A stretch of 60,771 nucleotides of DNA from Candidatus Woesearchaeota archaeon (GCA_964617925.1 CAZTYO010000001.1:1-60771); one strand, 5' to 3'; positions 25,453-35,077 are shown, counted from the stretch's first letter. Made by a program: numbers and translations. Notes: generated by a model not told the origin, from the sequence alone.

Positions 25453-26580
25453 ATGTTTAATAAAAAAGCTAGTGTTTCTGGATTCATGATTCTTTTAGCT
25501 TTTCTTATGATTATTTACACTCTTTTATTGCCGCCTTGTGATAAATGCGAGTTATTAGATCTTGAATGTTCTGATGATTGTCATTTTGGTGGTGAAAATT
25601 TAATTTTGGATGAGTTTCCAGGGTTAATCTCTCCTCATTCAGATACTACTGTTGCCCATAATTTTGATTCTTTGAATTTATTTTTTCATTCCAACCCAGA
25701 GCTTAGAGAATTAATAAGTGAGTTACGTTTAGAAAATGGACTATTTAGTAATGTCGATCAAACTTTATTCTTTAATTTGGAAAATATAGAAGATTTGGAA
25801 TCTGTTCTTCTTTCTTTTGCTATTGCCGATAAAAAAGGAGAATTAAATATTAAATTGAATGGTTATGATATCTTTTCCGATCATGTTGATGAAAATATAA
25901 AAATAATTACTCTTCCTGTTGATTATTTAACTGAAAATAACGAAATAACTTTTTTTGTTAGTTCTCCTGGTATAAATTTTTTATCTAGTAGTTATTATGA
26001 TTTAATTGATATTAATTTGAAACTTAATTATGAATTAATTTATTCTAGCAATCTTGAATCTTTTGATATCTCGGTTATGGAAAAAGCAAGCATGAAAAAA
26101 TCTAGTTTATCTTATTCTGTTTTTTGTAATTGGGGACCAGGGAGTAATTTATTGAAAATTTATCTTAATCAGAATCAAGTGTTATCTGAAGCAATATCTT
26201 GTGCAAGTGAAAACCGTGCATTGAATTTGGATGTTGATTTTTTTGTAGAAAATTCAAATGATCTAACTTTTGCAATTGATGGTGGAGATTATATATTTAG
26301 TGATGTTAAAATTATAAATTACCTTTCTGAATCTATTCAACCTATTTATAATTTTAATTTAAATAAAAAAATTGAGGATAATTATTATTTAAATTTTATA
26401 TTTTCTGGCAATTATTTTTCTCTAGATGTTATAATTAATGGTCAAAGTTTTAATATTGATACTTTAGAAAACGAAGTTGGAAAGGATATAACTGACATGT
26501 TAAATTCTGGAAATAATATTTTAGAAATAGTGCCCCTTTCTCAATTTGAGATAGAAACACTTAAAATAAGAACAATTTAA
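25453..26580 (+). CDS. large pilin-like/exported protein, unknown ectodomain
   Basis: MFNKKA-SVSGFMILLAFLMIIYTLLL class III-like signal; 375 aa; Cys cluster near the N-terminus. Confidence 0.6.
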   Translation: MFNKKASVSGFMILLAFLMIIYTLLLPPCDKCELLDLECSDDCHFGGENLILDEFPGLISPHSDTTVAHNFDSLNLFFHSNPELRELISELRLENGLFSNVDQTLFFNLENIEDLESVLLSFAIADKKGELNIKLNGYDIFSDHVDENIKIITLPVDYLTENNEITFFVSSPGINFLSSSYYDLIDINLKLNYELIYSSNLESFDISVMEKASMKKSSLSYSVFCNWGPGSNLLKIYLNQNQVLSEAISCASENRALNLDVDFFVENSNDLTFAIDGGDYIFSDVKIINYLSESIQPIYNFNLNKKIEDNYYLNFIFSGNYFSLDVIINGQSFNIDTLENEVGKDITDMLNSGNNILEIVPLSQFEIETLKIRTI

Positions 26581-26590
26581 ATTATATAAG

Positions 26591-28009
26591 ATGGTTGAGG
26601 GTGAATTAAGATCAAAATTTAGTGAATTGTTTGGAAAGGTGATACATTTTATTATTATTATTGCCATTGTTATAATTATAGTTCTTGCCGTTATCTTTAT
26701 GGTCAATGTTTGGAGGACTGGCGCTGCATCAGGACTTGTAGATGAAGGGCTTATTGCACTTGATGAAACTGGAGATCCCATGAAAAAAGGAGTATTTGGT
26801 TTTTGGAATATTTTTTGGAATCCTTCTGAAATTTCAAATCAATTTAAATGGGAATCTGAAGTTGTAGAATATGAATCTGCTGTAGAATTAGGAGTGGATA
26901 TCTTAAAATTTGAAACTAATCAAAAGTTTTTATCTAATGAACCTATTCAAGTAACTGGGCTTGTTAAGGGAGCCAGCATTAATGATGAGGGTATGAATCT
27001 CAGATTTTTATGTGAATTGGATGATTACGAAGGAGAAAGTTTAGCAATGCCTTCTGAAATTGAAGTTCATGGAAAAGGAGTTACGAGAAATCAAGAAGTG
27101 AGTTGTTTTTTTTCAGATGGTATAGAGGTTTCAAAACAACAAGATTCGAAAAAAGTAACTTTAAAAGCAGAATATGATTTTTTAACACAATCTACTTATA
27201 GATTATATTTTATGGATTCTTTAATTTTGGATTCTTTCCTATCTCATGGTTTAGATCCTTTTATTAATAATCAATATAATGTTCAAGATGATTTATTATT
27301 AAAACCTACTAATGTTATGAGATCTCAAATAACTGAAGGTCCAATTGACCTTAGAATTAGTAGTGAAACTAGCCAACCTTTTTCCCAATCTAGTAATTTT
27401 GTTATGCTTAATGTTGATTTAGTTACAAAAGAAAGTGGAAATTTGAAACAAGTTAAATCTTTAAAATTATATGTTCCGTTTGCTGTAGAACTTTCTAGAG
27501 ATGTCAGATTCTGTGATTTTACTGATACTGGAGAGATAGATGGACAATTTAAAATTTATGAAATTAGTGAAATTTCCTTAAATGATAAAGTTAATGTTGA
27601 TTGTAGTAATAATCAGTTTTATGACATTGAAGAAGATTGTATTGAAGATTATTCAGTTGTTGAATTAAGATGTAGTTTTGGTGTTTCTCAATTACCTGGA
27701 GGGGACGTTTTTTTTAAGAGTTTAATAAAAGCCGAAGTAGAATATGTATTTGAAGTAGAAAAGAGAGAGGCTATTACAATTTTGCAAGCAGAGGATTCTT
27801 CTGATGTGTGTGATAGAATATTTGATGAAACTGACTGCATTTCTACAGTTGGTTGTATGCCTTCTTCCGCTGGAGAATTTGTATCTTGTACTTCTTGTCC
27901 TATCTCTTGGACAAATTGTGAATCTTATGAAGATGAAATATCTTGTGATAATGACTGGTGTGGTTTTGAAAATTGTAATTTTATTGAAGACTCTTGTTTT
28001 TCTTCCTGA
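26591..28009 (+). CDS. N-terminally anchored exported protein with Cys-rich C-terminus
   Basis: TM helix VIHFIIIIAIVIIIVLAVIFMV. Its middle region resembles the two downstream lipobox proteins (GPIDLRIS, AEYDF blocks). The last ~70 aa contain 13 Cys. Confidence 0.65.
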   Translation: MVEGELRSKFSELFGKVIHFIIIIAIVIIIVLAVIFMVNVWRTGAASGLVDEGLIALDETGDPMKKGVFGFWNIFWNPSEISNQFKWESEVVEYESAVELGVDILKFETNQKFLSNEPIQVTGLVKGASINDEGMNLRFLCELDDYEGESLAMPSEIEVHGKGVTRNQEVSCFFSDGIEVSKQQDSKKVTLKAEYDFLTQSTYRLYFMDSLILDSFLSHGLDPFINNQYNVQDDLLLKPTNVMRSQITEGPIDLRISSETSQPFSQSSNFVMLNVDLVTKESGNLKQVKSLKLYVPFAVELSRDVRFCDFTDTGEIDGQFKIYEISEISLNDKVNVDCSNNQFYDIEEDCIEDYSVVELRCSFGVSQLPGGDVFFKSLIKAEVEYVFEVEKREAITILQAEDSSDVCDRIFDETDCISTVGCMPSSAGEFVSCTSCPISWTNCESYEDEISCDNDWCGFENCNFIEDSCFSS

Positions 28010-28052
28010 TTTAGAAAGTTTTTTATATCTCTTTGTTTAATTTATTCTTAAA

Positions 28053-28940
28053 ATGAGGTATGATATATTGATATTAATTATTGGACTTGCGTTTATTTCT
28101 GGATGTACTGGTCCTGCACCTGAAACTCATGTTGGAGGAGTAGACATTGGATTTTTATTGAATCAACCTCCTTCTGAGTTAAGAGAAGATGCTAATTTTG
28201 TTGTTGGTCTCAAATTAACTAATAATATTCCTAAACCTATTAATGGAGAATTATGTATTTCAGATACTCCTGCTAATAGTTTTGGAGGCATTCAAGAGCC
28301 TGAGTGTAAACATTTTATGATTGCTGCTGCAGAGGTAGTAGATGATAAAAAATATGTTGAAAAACAAAATGTTTATTTTCCTTTTGAAGGTTCCTCTTAT
28401 TCTTACCATAATCTTGAATTTGGTATTGGTTCTACAAATATTAATGCAAATTTAAAATATGATCTTAGTACTACTTCACTTGCAGAAATTTGTTTGAAAA
28501 AAGATCCTGCTGAAGAAATAGAGAATTGTGAATCAAATGCTGTTATTATTGGGGACAGTATTGTTTCTGATTTTGCTCCAATAACTATTGAGAGAATAGA
28601 TTCTAGTGTCGTTCCTGAAGGTAATCAGAATAGAGTTCATTTAGAAATTTCTTTAAGAAAAGAACCTCTTGGGTCTGTATCCTTTAATGATATTGAAGAT
28701 AATCTAAAATTAGGTATTAATTTGGCAGGTACTGCAACATTATTTACTTGTTATCCTTCTCAAGATGGATTAATTAAATTTAATGATTTAACTAAAGTTA
28801 TAACTTGTGATTCCAGTGTTGATCTTGGAAGTCAGTCCTTTTATGTGGATTCCTTAATAATGGATTTAGCTTATACTTATTCTATCTCTGCAAGTACTGG
28901 GGCGATACCTTTAAAAAGAAAAAGTGAGGATACATATTAA
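28053..28940 (+). CDS. secreted lipobox protein, paralog A
   Basis: Signal ending in LAFISGC. Shares block order with 28954-29856 (GGVD/GGVN, PPSEL/APLSEF, APITIERI/GPVQVNSI, LAYTY/LSYKY). Confidence 0.65.
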   Translation: MRYDILILIIGLAFISGCTGPAPETHVGGVDIGFLLNQPPSELREDANFVVGLKLTNNIPKPINGELCISDTPANSFGGIQEPECKHFMIAAAEVVDDKKYVEKQNVYFPFEGSSYSYHNLEFGIGSTNINANLKYDLSTTSLAEICLKKDPAEEIENCESNAVIIGDSIVSDFAPITIERIDSSVVPEGNQNRVHLEISLRKEPLGSVSFNDIEDNLKLGINLAGTATLFTCYPSQDGLIKFNDLTKVITCDSSVDLGSQSFYVDSLIMDLAYTYSISASTGAIPLKRKSEDTY

Positions 28941-28953
28941 GAGGTGTTAATAT

Positions 28954-29856
28954 ATGAAAAATAATATTTATCTTATTTTATTGGCGGTTTTAGTACTTTT
29001 TGTTGTTTCTGGATGTGATAAGGAAGAACCTGGATTGACTGATGGCCCATTCAATGGGGGTGTCAATGGATTATCTTTATCTTTTGTTGAAGGTGCTCCG
29101 CTTTCTGAATTTATGGCAGGGGAAGATGTTCCTTTTCAAATTTTGTTAAAAAATGAAGGAGAAAGTCCAGTTTTGGCAGGAAGTGCCAAAGTTCAACTTT
29201 TTGGAATAAATCCTAATTTTGGATTAAGTACTGATTTTGTTTCTAATGTTGGTGAACTTGCGGCGAGTAGTAAAGATATAGAAATTGGTGGTGAAGAAAT
29301 AATTTCCTTGGGTGAAGGAAATTATATGGGAACTATTTATGGTTCTCAAGATTTTCCAATAAATGCAAGGGCGTGTTATCCTTATGATACTACTGTTGTT
29401 TCTACTGTATGTATGAGTTCTAATAGAATTCAACAAACAGGTGTTGAAACTTGCGATATTTCTGGTGAAAAGATAGTTTCTGGAGGGGTGTCTTCTGGTC
29501 CAGTTCAAGTTAATTCAATAACTGAAACTTATGTAGGTAGTGATAAAATTAGATTTGCGATAGTTCTTGAGAATAAAGGAATTGGAAAAGTTTATTCTAA
29601 AAATATAGAATGTGGTAATTTTAATTTAGTTAATGAAGGCAAAGTTTATGTTGATATTAGTCCTGAAATTGTTGAGTGCCATTTTACTAGTGGAAAGGCA
29701 AATGTTGGAGAAACTACTATTGCTGAAGATACTAGAACTTTGATTTGTGAAATGCCTGTTGATGCTACAGATAGTTATCAAGATAATTTGGACATAGTTT
29801 TAAGTTATAAGTATGTGAATGAAGTTTCTACTACAATCAATGTTTTAGGTGTTTAA
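28954..29856 (+). CDS. secreted lipobox protein, paralog B (CARDB-like beta-sandwich features)
   Basis: Signal ending in FVVSGC. LLKNEGESPV and VLENKGIGKV resemble CARDB NxG strands. Confidence 0.65.
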   Translation: MKNNIYLILLAVLVLFVVSGCDKEEPGLTDGPFNGGVNGLSLSFVEGAPLSEFMAGEDVPFQILLKNEGESPVLAGSAKVQLFGINPNFGLSTDFVSNVGELAASSKDIEIGGEEIISLGEGNYMGTIYGSQDFPINARACYPYDTTVVSTVCMSSNRIQQTGVETCDISGEKIVSGGVSSGPVQVNSITETYVGSDKIRFAIVLENKGIGKVYSKNIECGNFNLVNEGKVYVDISPEIVECHFTSGKANVGETTIAEDTRTLICEMPVDATDSYQDNLDIVLSYKYVNEVSTTINVLGV

Positions 29857-30418
29857 TTCTTTTTATATTTTTTTTAACTATTTTTATATCTTTTTTCCAT
29901 TCCTTTATTAGATTTCTATTGTAAATTATTGCTGCAGGGTGAAATAATGGAATTAATTTTATTTTTATTTTTTTAAATTTAATATTTATTGGTTTTCCAT
30001 GTAATTTTGTTATTCCTGGGTTGTTTTTCATTTCTTTTATATCTCCATTAGATAGGAAGAATTTTGTGGCATAATTGCCTAATGAACAAATTATTTTTGG
30101 ATTCATTTCTTTTATTTGTTTTAATAAATAAGGGGTATGGGAAGTTATCTCTTCATTAGTCGGATTTCTGTTTTTTGGTGGCCTACATTTTAATATATTT
30201 GTTATGTATATTTCTTCTAAATTTAATTCACAAGAATTTAATAATTTATTTAGATTTTTTCCTGCTGCTCCAACAAAAGGTTCTCCTTGTTCGTCTTCAT
30301 TTTTTCCTGGCGCTTCTCCAACAAAAAGGATATCTACATTTGAATTTCCTTTTCCTATAACTATGTTTTTACAATTTTTATAAATTTCAGTATTTTTAAT
30401 TAAATTTAATTCATTCAT
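29837..30418 (-). CDS. udg: uracil-DNA glycosylase, family 4-like
   Basis: GEAPGKNEDEQGEPFVGAAGKNL, ILKCRPPKNRNP and HPAA motifs. Confidence 0.8.
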   Translation of the reverse strand: MNELNLIKNTEIYKNCKNIVIGKGNSNVDILFVGEAPGKNEDEQGEPFVGAAGKNLNKLLNSCELNLEEIYITNILKCRPPKNRNPTNEEITSHTPYLLKQIKEMNPKIICSLGNYATKFFLSNGDIKEMKNNPGITKLHGKPINIKFKKIKIKLIPLFHPAAIIYNRNLIKEWKKDIKIVKKNIKRIKHLKH

Positions 30419-30448
30419 AATTATTAGTTTCAGAATAAATTTAAAAAA

Positions 30449-30610
30449 TTATTGAATTTGTTTTTTTGCTAGTCTTCTATATTTTCCAAATTTATCAATT
30501 GCAGAATATTTTACTGGTTTTGGATTAATTGTAAGTTTGCCACATTTTGGGCATTTTTTTTTAAGAGTGTATTCTTCACATTTTTTACATTCAAATATTT
30601 TGGGTTGCAT
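30449..30610 (-). CDS. nop10: H/ACA RNP protein Nop10
   Basis: Not in the ORF track. The 53-aa translation is MQPKIFECKKCEEYTLKKKCPKCGKLTINPKPVKYSAIDKFGKYRRLAKKQIQ. It has the Nop10 zinc ribbon and the P.P.K(F/Y)S..DK.G.YRR pattern, and sits in the conserved position after aIF2-alpha. Confidence 0.85.
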   Translation of the reverse strand: MQPKIFECKKCEEYTLKKKCPKCGKLTINPKPVKYSAIDKFGKYRRLAKKQIQ

Positions 30611-30611
30611 T

Positions 30612-31388
30612 TTAATTTTTTATTTGAATAAAGTTTCCAGTTCCTTTTTCTTCTTTAATTTTTTCTAATGCTTCATCCTTGGCATTTTTTAGAATTTCTT
30701 CTGCAGTCTTATAATCTGATGCAGTTACCACTATCTTATATCTCGGAGCTCCAAGATATGTTACCTTTATATTTCCTTTTTGTGTTTTTAATAAAATTTC
30801 TTTGATTATTTCAATTCCTTCACCCAAATCACTAGTTAGTGTTAATATCCCTCTTACTTGTACTTCTTTGGGTTTTATTTTTTCTAAAACGGTTTTTAAA
30901 ATTAAATCAAGAGTTTTCTTATTTATTTTCAATTCCCTTGCATTATCTTGATCAATCACAAATTCTTGAAATGCATTGTTTAAGGATCCAAATTTTTCCA
31001 TTAATTCATATCCTGCTTCTTTATACATTCCTTCAATATCTTTTTCTAATTGTTTTCCAACTAACTCTAATAATTTTTCGGCTTTTTGTTCTTGTTTATA
31101 TTCTGCAGTTTTATTCATTCTTTGCATTTTATTTACTCTACGCAAAGAAAGATCAATGTGTCTAGTTTCTTTTCTAACCTTTAGAACTTTACAAACAATC
31201 TTTTTTTCTTCTTTTACATAATCTTTTATTGTTCTTATTCTACCTGGAGCAATTTCAGATATGTGCATCATTCCTTCTAGATTTTCATACTCATCTAATG
31301 TAAGAAATACTGAATGAAAAGAAATTTTTTTAACTGTGCAGATAACTATCTCATCTTCTTCTGGCATACCTTTTTTGATATAAAACAT
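30612..31388 (-). CDS. eif2a: translation initiation factor aIF-2 alpha subunit
   Basis: N-terminal S1 domain (EIVICTVKKISFHSVFLTLDEYENLEGMMHISEIAPGRIR). Size and operon context match. Confidence 0.85.
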   Translation of the reverse strand: MFYIKKGMPEEDEIVICTVKKISFHSVFLTLDEYENLEGMMHISEIAPGRIRTIKDYVKEEKKIVCKVLKVRKETRHIDLSLRRVNKMQRMNKTAEYKQEQKAEKLLELVGKQLEKDIEGMYKEAGYELMEKFGSLNNAFQEFVIDQDNARELKINKKTLDLILKTVLEKIKPKEVQVRGILTLTSDLGEGIEIIKEILLKTQKGNIKVTYLGAPRYKIVVTASDYKTAEEILKNAKDEALEKIKEEKGTGNFIQIKN

Positions 31389-31574
31389 CTATTCTAGGGC
31401 CTCCAAAATATTAGCCATTATTTTTGCTTTTCCACCAGTTGGTTCTGCAAGAATTTCTTCACAAACTAAACATTTTATTATTTTGTCTGCTTTATCAAAA
31501 ATTATTTGTTCATTTTTACATTTTTGACATCTTACTTTTATAAATTTGCTTGTTGGTTCTTTTTGTTCTATCAT
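31389..31574 (-). CDS. rps27e: ribosomal protein S27e
   Basis: FIKVRCQKCKNEQIIF...KCLVCEEILAEPTGGKAKI zinc ribbon. Confidence 0.85.
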   Translation of the reverse strand: MIEQKEPTSKFIKVRCQKCKNEQIIFDKADKIIKCLVCEEILAEPTGGKAKIMANILEALE

Positions 31575-31575
31575 T

Positions 31576-31887
31576 TTATTCGAATACTACCTTTTTTGCC
31601 CTAGGCATTTTACCTAATTTTGATTTATGGCACTCTGAACAAGTCATTTTTAATGCTTCTTTTTTACTTGTTTTTACTCCATATCTTTTCCAAGAAGTAA
31701 GTGCTCCTTTTGATCCATAATTTCCAAGGTTTCCAAATCCTCTACCTAATCCTCTTTTTCTTGCTCTTTGGATTGATCCTCTTTTTAGGCTACCTCTCTT
31801 ACCAGTAGTTTTATTTGTAGTTTGTTTATGTTCAGTGTGTTTTTTACAATTTGGACAATATGATTTTTTTGCTTTTGGTACTTTCAT
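31576..31887 (-). CDS. rpl44e: ribosomal protein L44e (eL42)
   Basis: KKSYCPNCKKHTEHK...CSECHKS with a basic interior. Confidence 0.85.
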   Translation of the reverse strand: MKVPKAKKSYCPNCKKHTEHKQTTNKTTGKRGSLKRGSIQRARKRGLGRGFGNLGNYGSKGALTSWKRYGVKTSKKEALKMTCSECHKSKLGKMPRAKKVVFE

Positions 31888-32513
31888 TCTATTTCCTCAA
31901 CTTTATTTTTAGCTACCAATAAATTTACAATATCTGTTGGTAATGAAGCTTCATCTCCTATTTCAAAAGGTCCATGTGTTTCAAGATCAGTCCCAACAAA
32001 ACTCTGTATTGGTTTTAGTGCCTTTATTCTCTTAGTTTTTTTAGGTCCATCTTCGGTTTTTAAGTGTTTTGGTTCCCCCATTTGTTCTTGTTTTTTATCT
32101 TTTCCATTTATTAAATTTGATAATAATTTGTTTCTGGAGTTATCTAAATGGTTTTTTAGTAAGTTATAAAATTCTTCTTCTTCTTCTAACATTGTTGATT
32201 TATCTAAGGCTTCTTGTCCTGTTTTTGAATTCATTAGTGCTAGGTGTATAATCTTGTTTTCTCTTTTTTCATATAATTCTTTTATTATTTTGAATATGTT
32301 ATCTAACTGTTTTCTAGTTTTTTGTACTTCTATTGTTGTGAATATGCTTTCTTTTTTTTGTTGTGAAACTAAAATTTCTTTCTTTTCCTCTATATATTTT
32401 AATATCTTATTGTAAAAATTTTCATCTATCTCTTGTAATTCTGTATTGTGTTTCTCTTTCCTGAGAATATCATATAAATTCTCATAAGTAATCATACTAT
32501 TTTCTTCTGTCAT
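31884..32513 (-). CDS. gins51: GINS subunit Gins51 (Gins15)-like
   Basis: The A-domain start (ITYENLYDILRKEKHNTELQEIDENFY) and the C-terminal B-domain (FVGTDLETHGPFEIGDEASLPTDIVNLLVAKNKVEEI) match my memory of archaeal Gins51. Confidence 0.6.
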   Translation of the reverse strand: MTEENSMITYENLYDILRKEKHNTELQEIDENFYNKILKYIEEKKEILVSQQKKESIFTTIEVQKTRKQLDNIFKIIKELYEKRENKIIHLALMNSKTGQEALDKSTMLEEEEEFYNLLKNHLDNSRNKLLSNLINGKDKKQEQMGEPKHLKTEDGPKKTKRIKALKPIQSFVGTDLETHGPFEIGDEASLPTDIVNLLVAKNKVEEIE

Positions 32514-32597
32514 TATTGCTATGAATCTCTCTTGAGTTATTAAAGTTTTTGTAATTAAATGGAAAGTTTTTTAATTTAGTGAAATAAAATATGTATT

Positions 32598-33173
32598 ATG
32601 AAGTGTCATATTTATCTTTTTAGGCATGGTGAAAGTTTTTTTAATGAATCTAAAAAGTTTACTGGATGGAAAGATTCTAAATTGACTCCAAAAGGGATTA
32701 AAAGTGCTAAAATTGTTGCTAAAAAATTAAAGGGGTCAATAATAGAAGTTGCATACTATACTAATCTTAGTAGGTCAAAAGACACTTTGAAAGAGGTTTT
32801 AAAATTCCATCCAGAGTGTAATTTGAAACTTCTGGATGATAGGATGATTGAAAGATCTTATGGGGATTTGCAAGGGTTTAACCATAAAAAAGTGATTGAT
32901 AAGTATGGGCAAAAACAATTTGATACTTGGCATCGTTCTTATTCTGTTGCTCCACCTGGTGGAGAAAGTATAAGGGATGTTGAAAAAAGAGTTAAATCTT
33001 TTATTAAAGATGTGCTTAAGTATATGAAAAAAGAAAAAGTAAATGTTGCAATCTCTGCACATGGAAATTCAATGAGGCCATTTCGTAAATATTTTGAAAA
33101 ATTAACTATAAAAGAAATGATGAGTTTAGAAAACCCTTGGGATGATTATTTTGATTATGTAATTGAATGTTAA
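32598..33173 (+). CDS. histidine phosphatase family protein (dPGM/GpmA-like, short form)
   Basis: LFRHGESFFNESKKFTGWKDSKLTPKG and SAHGNSMR motifs. Only 191 aa. Confidence 0.7.
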   Translation: MKCHIYLFRHGESFFNESKKFTGWKDSKLTPKGIKSAKIVAKKLKGSIIEVAYYTNLSRSKDTLKEVLKFHPECNLKLLDDRMIERSYGDLQGFNHKKVIDKYGQKQFDTWHRSYSVAPPGGESIRDVEKRVKSFIKDVLKYMKKEKVNVAISAHGNSMRPFRKYFEKLTIKEMMSLENPWDDYFDYVIEC

Positions 33174-33233
33174 AAAAGCACATATATTGATATAATGTTA
33201 TTAAATTTATGAAAATTAGGAAAGGAGGTGAGA

Positions 33234-33559
33234 ATGGATAAAAATAAACTTATTGGAATTGTTGTTGGATTTGTACTTTTTATATTGATATTATTTTCTG
33301 GAACGAATAATTTTCAAGAAAGTAAATACAGGGGTAATGTTGTTGATTGTGTTTCTTCTGAATGTGGTGGCTCTTGCACTTCAGGGGTTGTGATTTAGTG
33401 AATGGAGCATGTACTGAAATGATTTGTGAAGGAAACTCTTGTGGAAGTTATGCATGTACTACACAATATGGTGGTACTCCAATTGATAATGGAAAAGGAA
33501 AAAAGTGGAAGTATGGCCTTGGTCCACTTGGGCAAATTATAGATTGGTTTAATGGATGA
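33234..33559 (+). CDS. small secreted Cys-rich protein interrupted by an apparent 1-nt frameshift
   Basis: GGAGGTG SD, then ATG at 33234. The first frame has a signal/TM (LIGIVVGFVLFILILF) and Cys-rich start, and stops at 33396-33398. An overlapping -1 frame (33362-33559) continues the Cys-rich sequence. One extra G in the GGGG run at 33384-33387 would fuse them. Confidence 0.4.
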
Positions 33560-33561
33560 GA

Positions 33562-34461
33562 TTAACCTTTAATTTCTAAGAAATCTTTTGCAGCTTTAGT
33601 GTTCGGAAAGATTTTTTTTGCTTCTTTTTCTAATACTTTTTCATTTTTATATCTTTGTCCAAAATGAATTAAAAATAATTTTTTTACTTTTGCATTTTTT
33701 GCAATCATTGCAGCTTCTTCTGAAGTTAAATGACAAAATTCCCTTGCCTTTTCTTTTAATTTTTTTTCAAATGTGGATTCACAGATTAAAATATCTGAAT
33801 CTTTTACAAATGTTGAAATTTCCTTGAAATAAGATGTATCTGTTATTAGGGATATTTTTTTTCCTTTCTTTAATGTTGTTCCTTTTTCTGGTGTTATTTT
33901 TTTCCCTTCAAAAGTTATTGTTTTTCCATCCACTAACTTCTTTAATACTGGATCTTTTGTTAATCCGAATTTTTTTGTATATTCTGTGTTTATTTTTCTC
34001 TTATCTTTTTCTATTATTGAATATCCAACTACTGGTGCAGTATGTTTAAGTTCTTTAGAACTAATATAATAATCATAATTTTCATAAATTTTTTTTGTAT
34101 TTCCAATTTCGTTTATTATTAACTCTATTTCGCTAGTTTTTTTTATTGGAAATAATTTTAATAATTCATTTATGTATTTTTTTGTATTTTTTGGTCCATA
34201 GATTTCTAGTTTTTTACTATATTCTGAAGAATATAATGTTTGTAATAATCCTGGAAGGCCGAGCACATGATCTCCGTGCCAATGAGTGATTAGTATTTTT
34301 GTTATCTTTGTTGGACTTATTCCTACTATTCTCATTTGTCTCTGAGTTCCCTCTCCACAATCAATTAAAATATTTTCATTCTTAAAATTAATTAGCGTAC
34401 TACTAGTATTTCTATTTTTAGTTGGAAGCATTGAAGAAGTTCCCAAAAATGTTATTTTCAT
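33562..34461 (-). CDS. rnz: ribonuclease Z (tRNA 3' endonuclease)
   Basis: MKITFLGT..., ITHWHGDHVLGLPGLL (HxHxDH), and a ~300-aa short-form RNase Z layout. Confidence 0.8.
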   Translation of the reverse strand: MKITFLGTSSMLPTKNRNTSSTLINFKNENILIDCGEGTQRQMRIVGISPTKITKILITHWHGDHVLGLPGLLQTLYSSEYSKKLEIYGPKNTKKYINELLKLFPIKKTSEIELIINEIGNTKKIYENYDYYISSKELKHTAPVVGYSIIEKDKRKINTEYTKKFGLTKDPVLKKLVDGKTITFEGKKITPEKGTTLKKGKKISLITDTSYFKEISTFVKDSDILICESTFEKKLKEKAREFCHLTSEEAAMIAKNAKVKKLFLIHFGQRYKNEKVLEKEAKKIFPNTKAAKDFLEIKG

Positions 34462-34511
34462 ATATCAACTTTAACAAAAGGTTTTTAAATAATTTTTGCT
34501 TTTGTTAGATC

Positions 34512-35042
34512 ATGAAATTAGAGAAAATTCAAGGATATTTTAGTGATGAAAGGATTATTGCAGAGTTATGTAATCTTGCTAGTAAGTTATATGATAAATC
34601 TAGAATTGGAGAAATAAAAAAAAATAAAGTTAATTATAGTTTTCTTGAAGCTCTTTATTTAGTTGAAACTGGCAAACTTGATATCTTAGATGGAAGAAAT
34701 AAAATAATTGAATTTGATAAAATAGTAAAAAAAGTTAGAAAAAATAATTCAAATTTTTGGGCAAGATATTGTGTTTACAAAGATTTAAGGGTTAGGGGGT
34801 ATATTGTTAAAACTGCCTTAAAGTTTGGGGCAGATTTTAGAGTTTATGATAGAGGAATTAAGCCAGGAGATGGACATGCAACTTGGATAGTTTATCCAGT
34901 TTATGAAACAAATGTATTGACTTGGTATGATTTTGCTGCGAAAAATAGAGTTGCACATAGTACTCGTAAAAAATTACTTCTTGGAATTGTAGATGGTGAA
35001 GACGATGTTACGTATTATGAAGTAAATTGGATTAAACCATAA
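34512..35042 (+). CDS. endA: tRNA-splicing endonuclease
   Basis: YKDLRVRGYIVKTALKFGADFRVYDRG...HATWIVYP...AHSTRKKLLLG match the EndA catalytic-domain pattern. Confidence 0.8.
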   Translation: MKLEKIQGYFSDERIIAELCNLASKLYDKSRIGEIKKNKVNYSFLEALYLVETGKLDILDGRNKIIEFDKIVKKVRKNNSNFWARYCVYKDLRVRGYIVKTALKFGADFRVYDRGIKPGDGHATWIVYPVYETNVLTWYDFAAKNRVAHSTRKKLLLGIVDGEDDVTYYEVNWIKP

Positions 35043-35077
35043 GCCTTTTATAATAAATATGAGTTTCTATTTTTATT

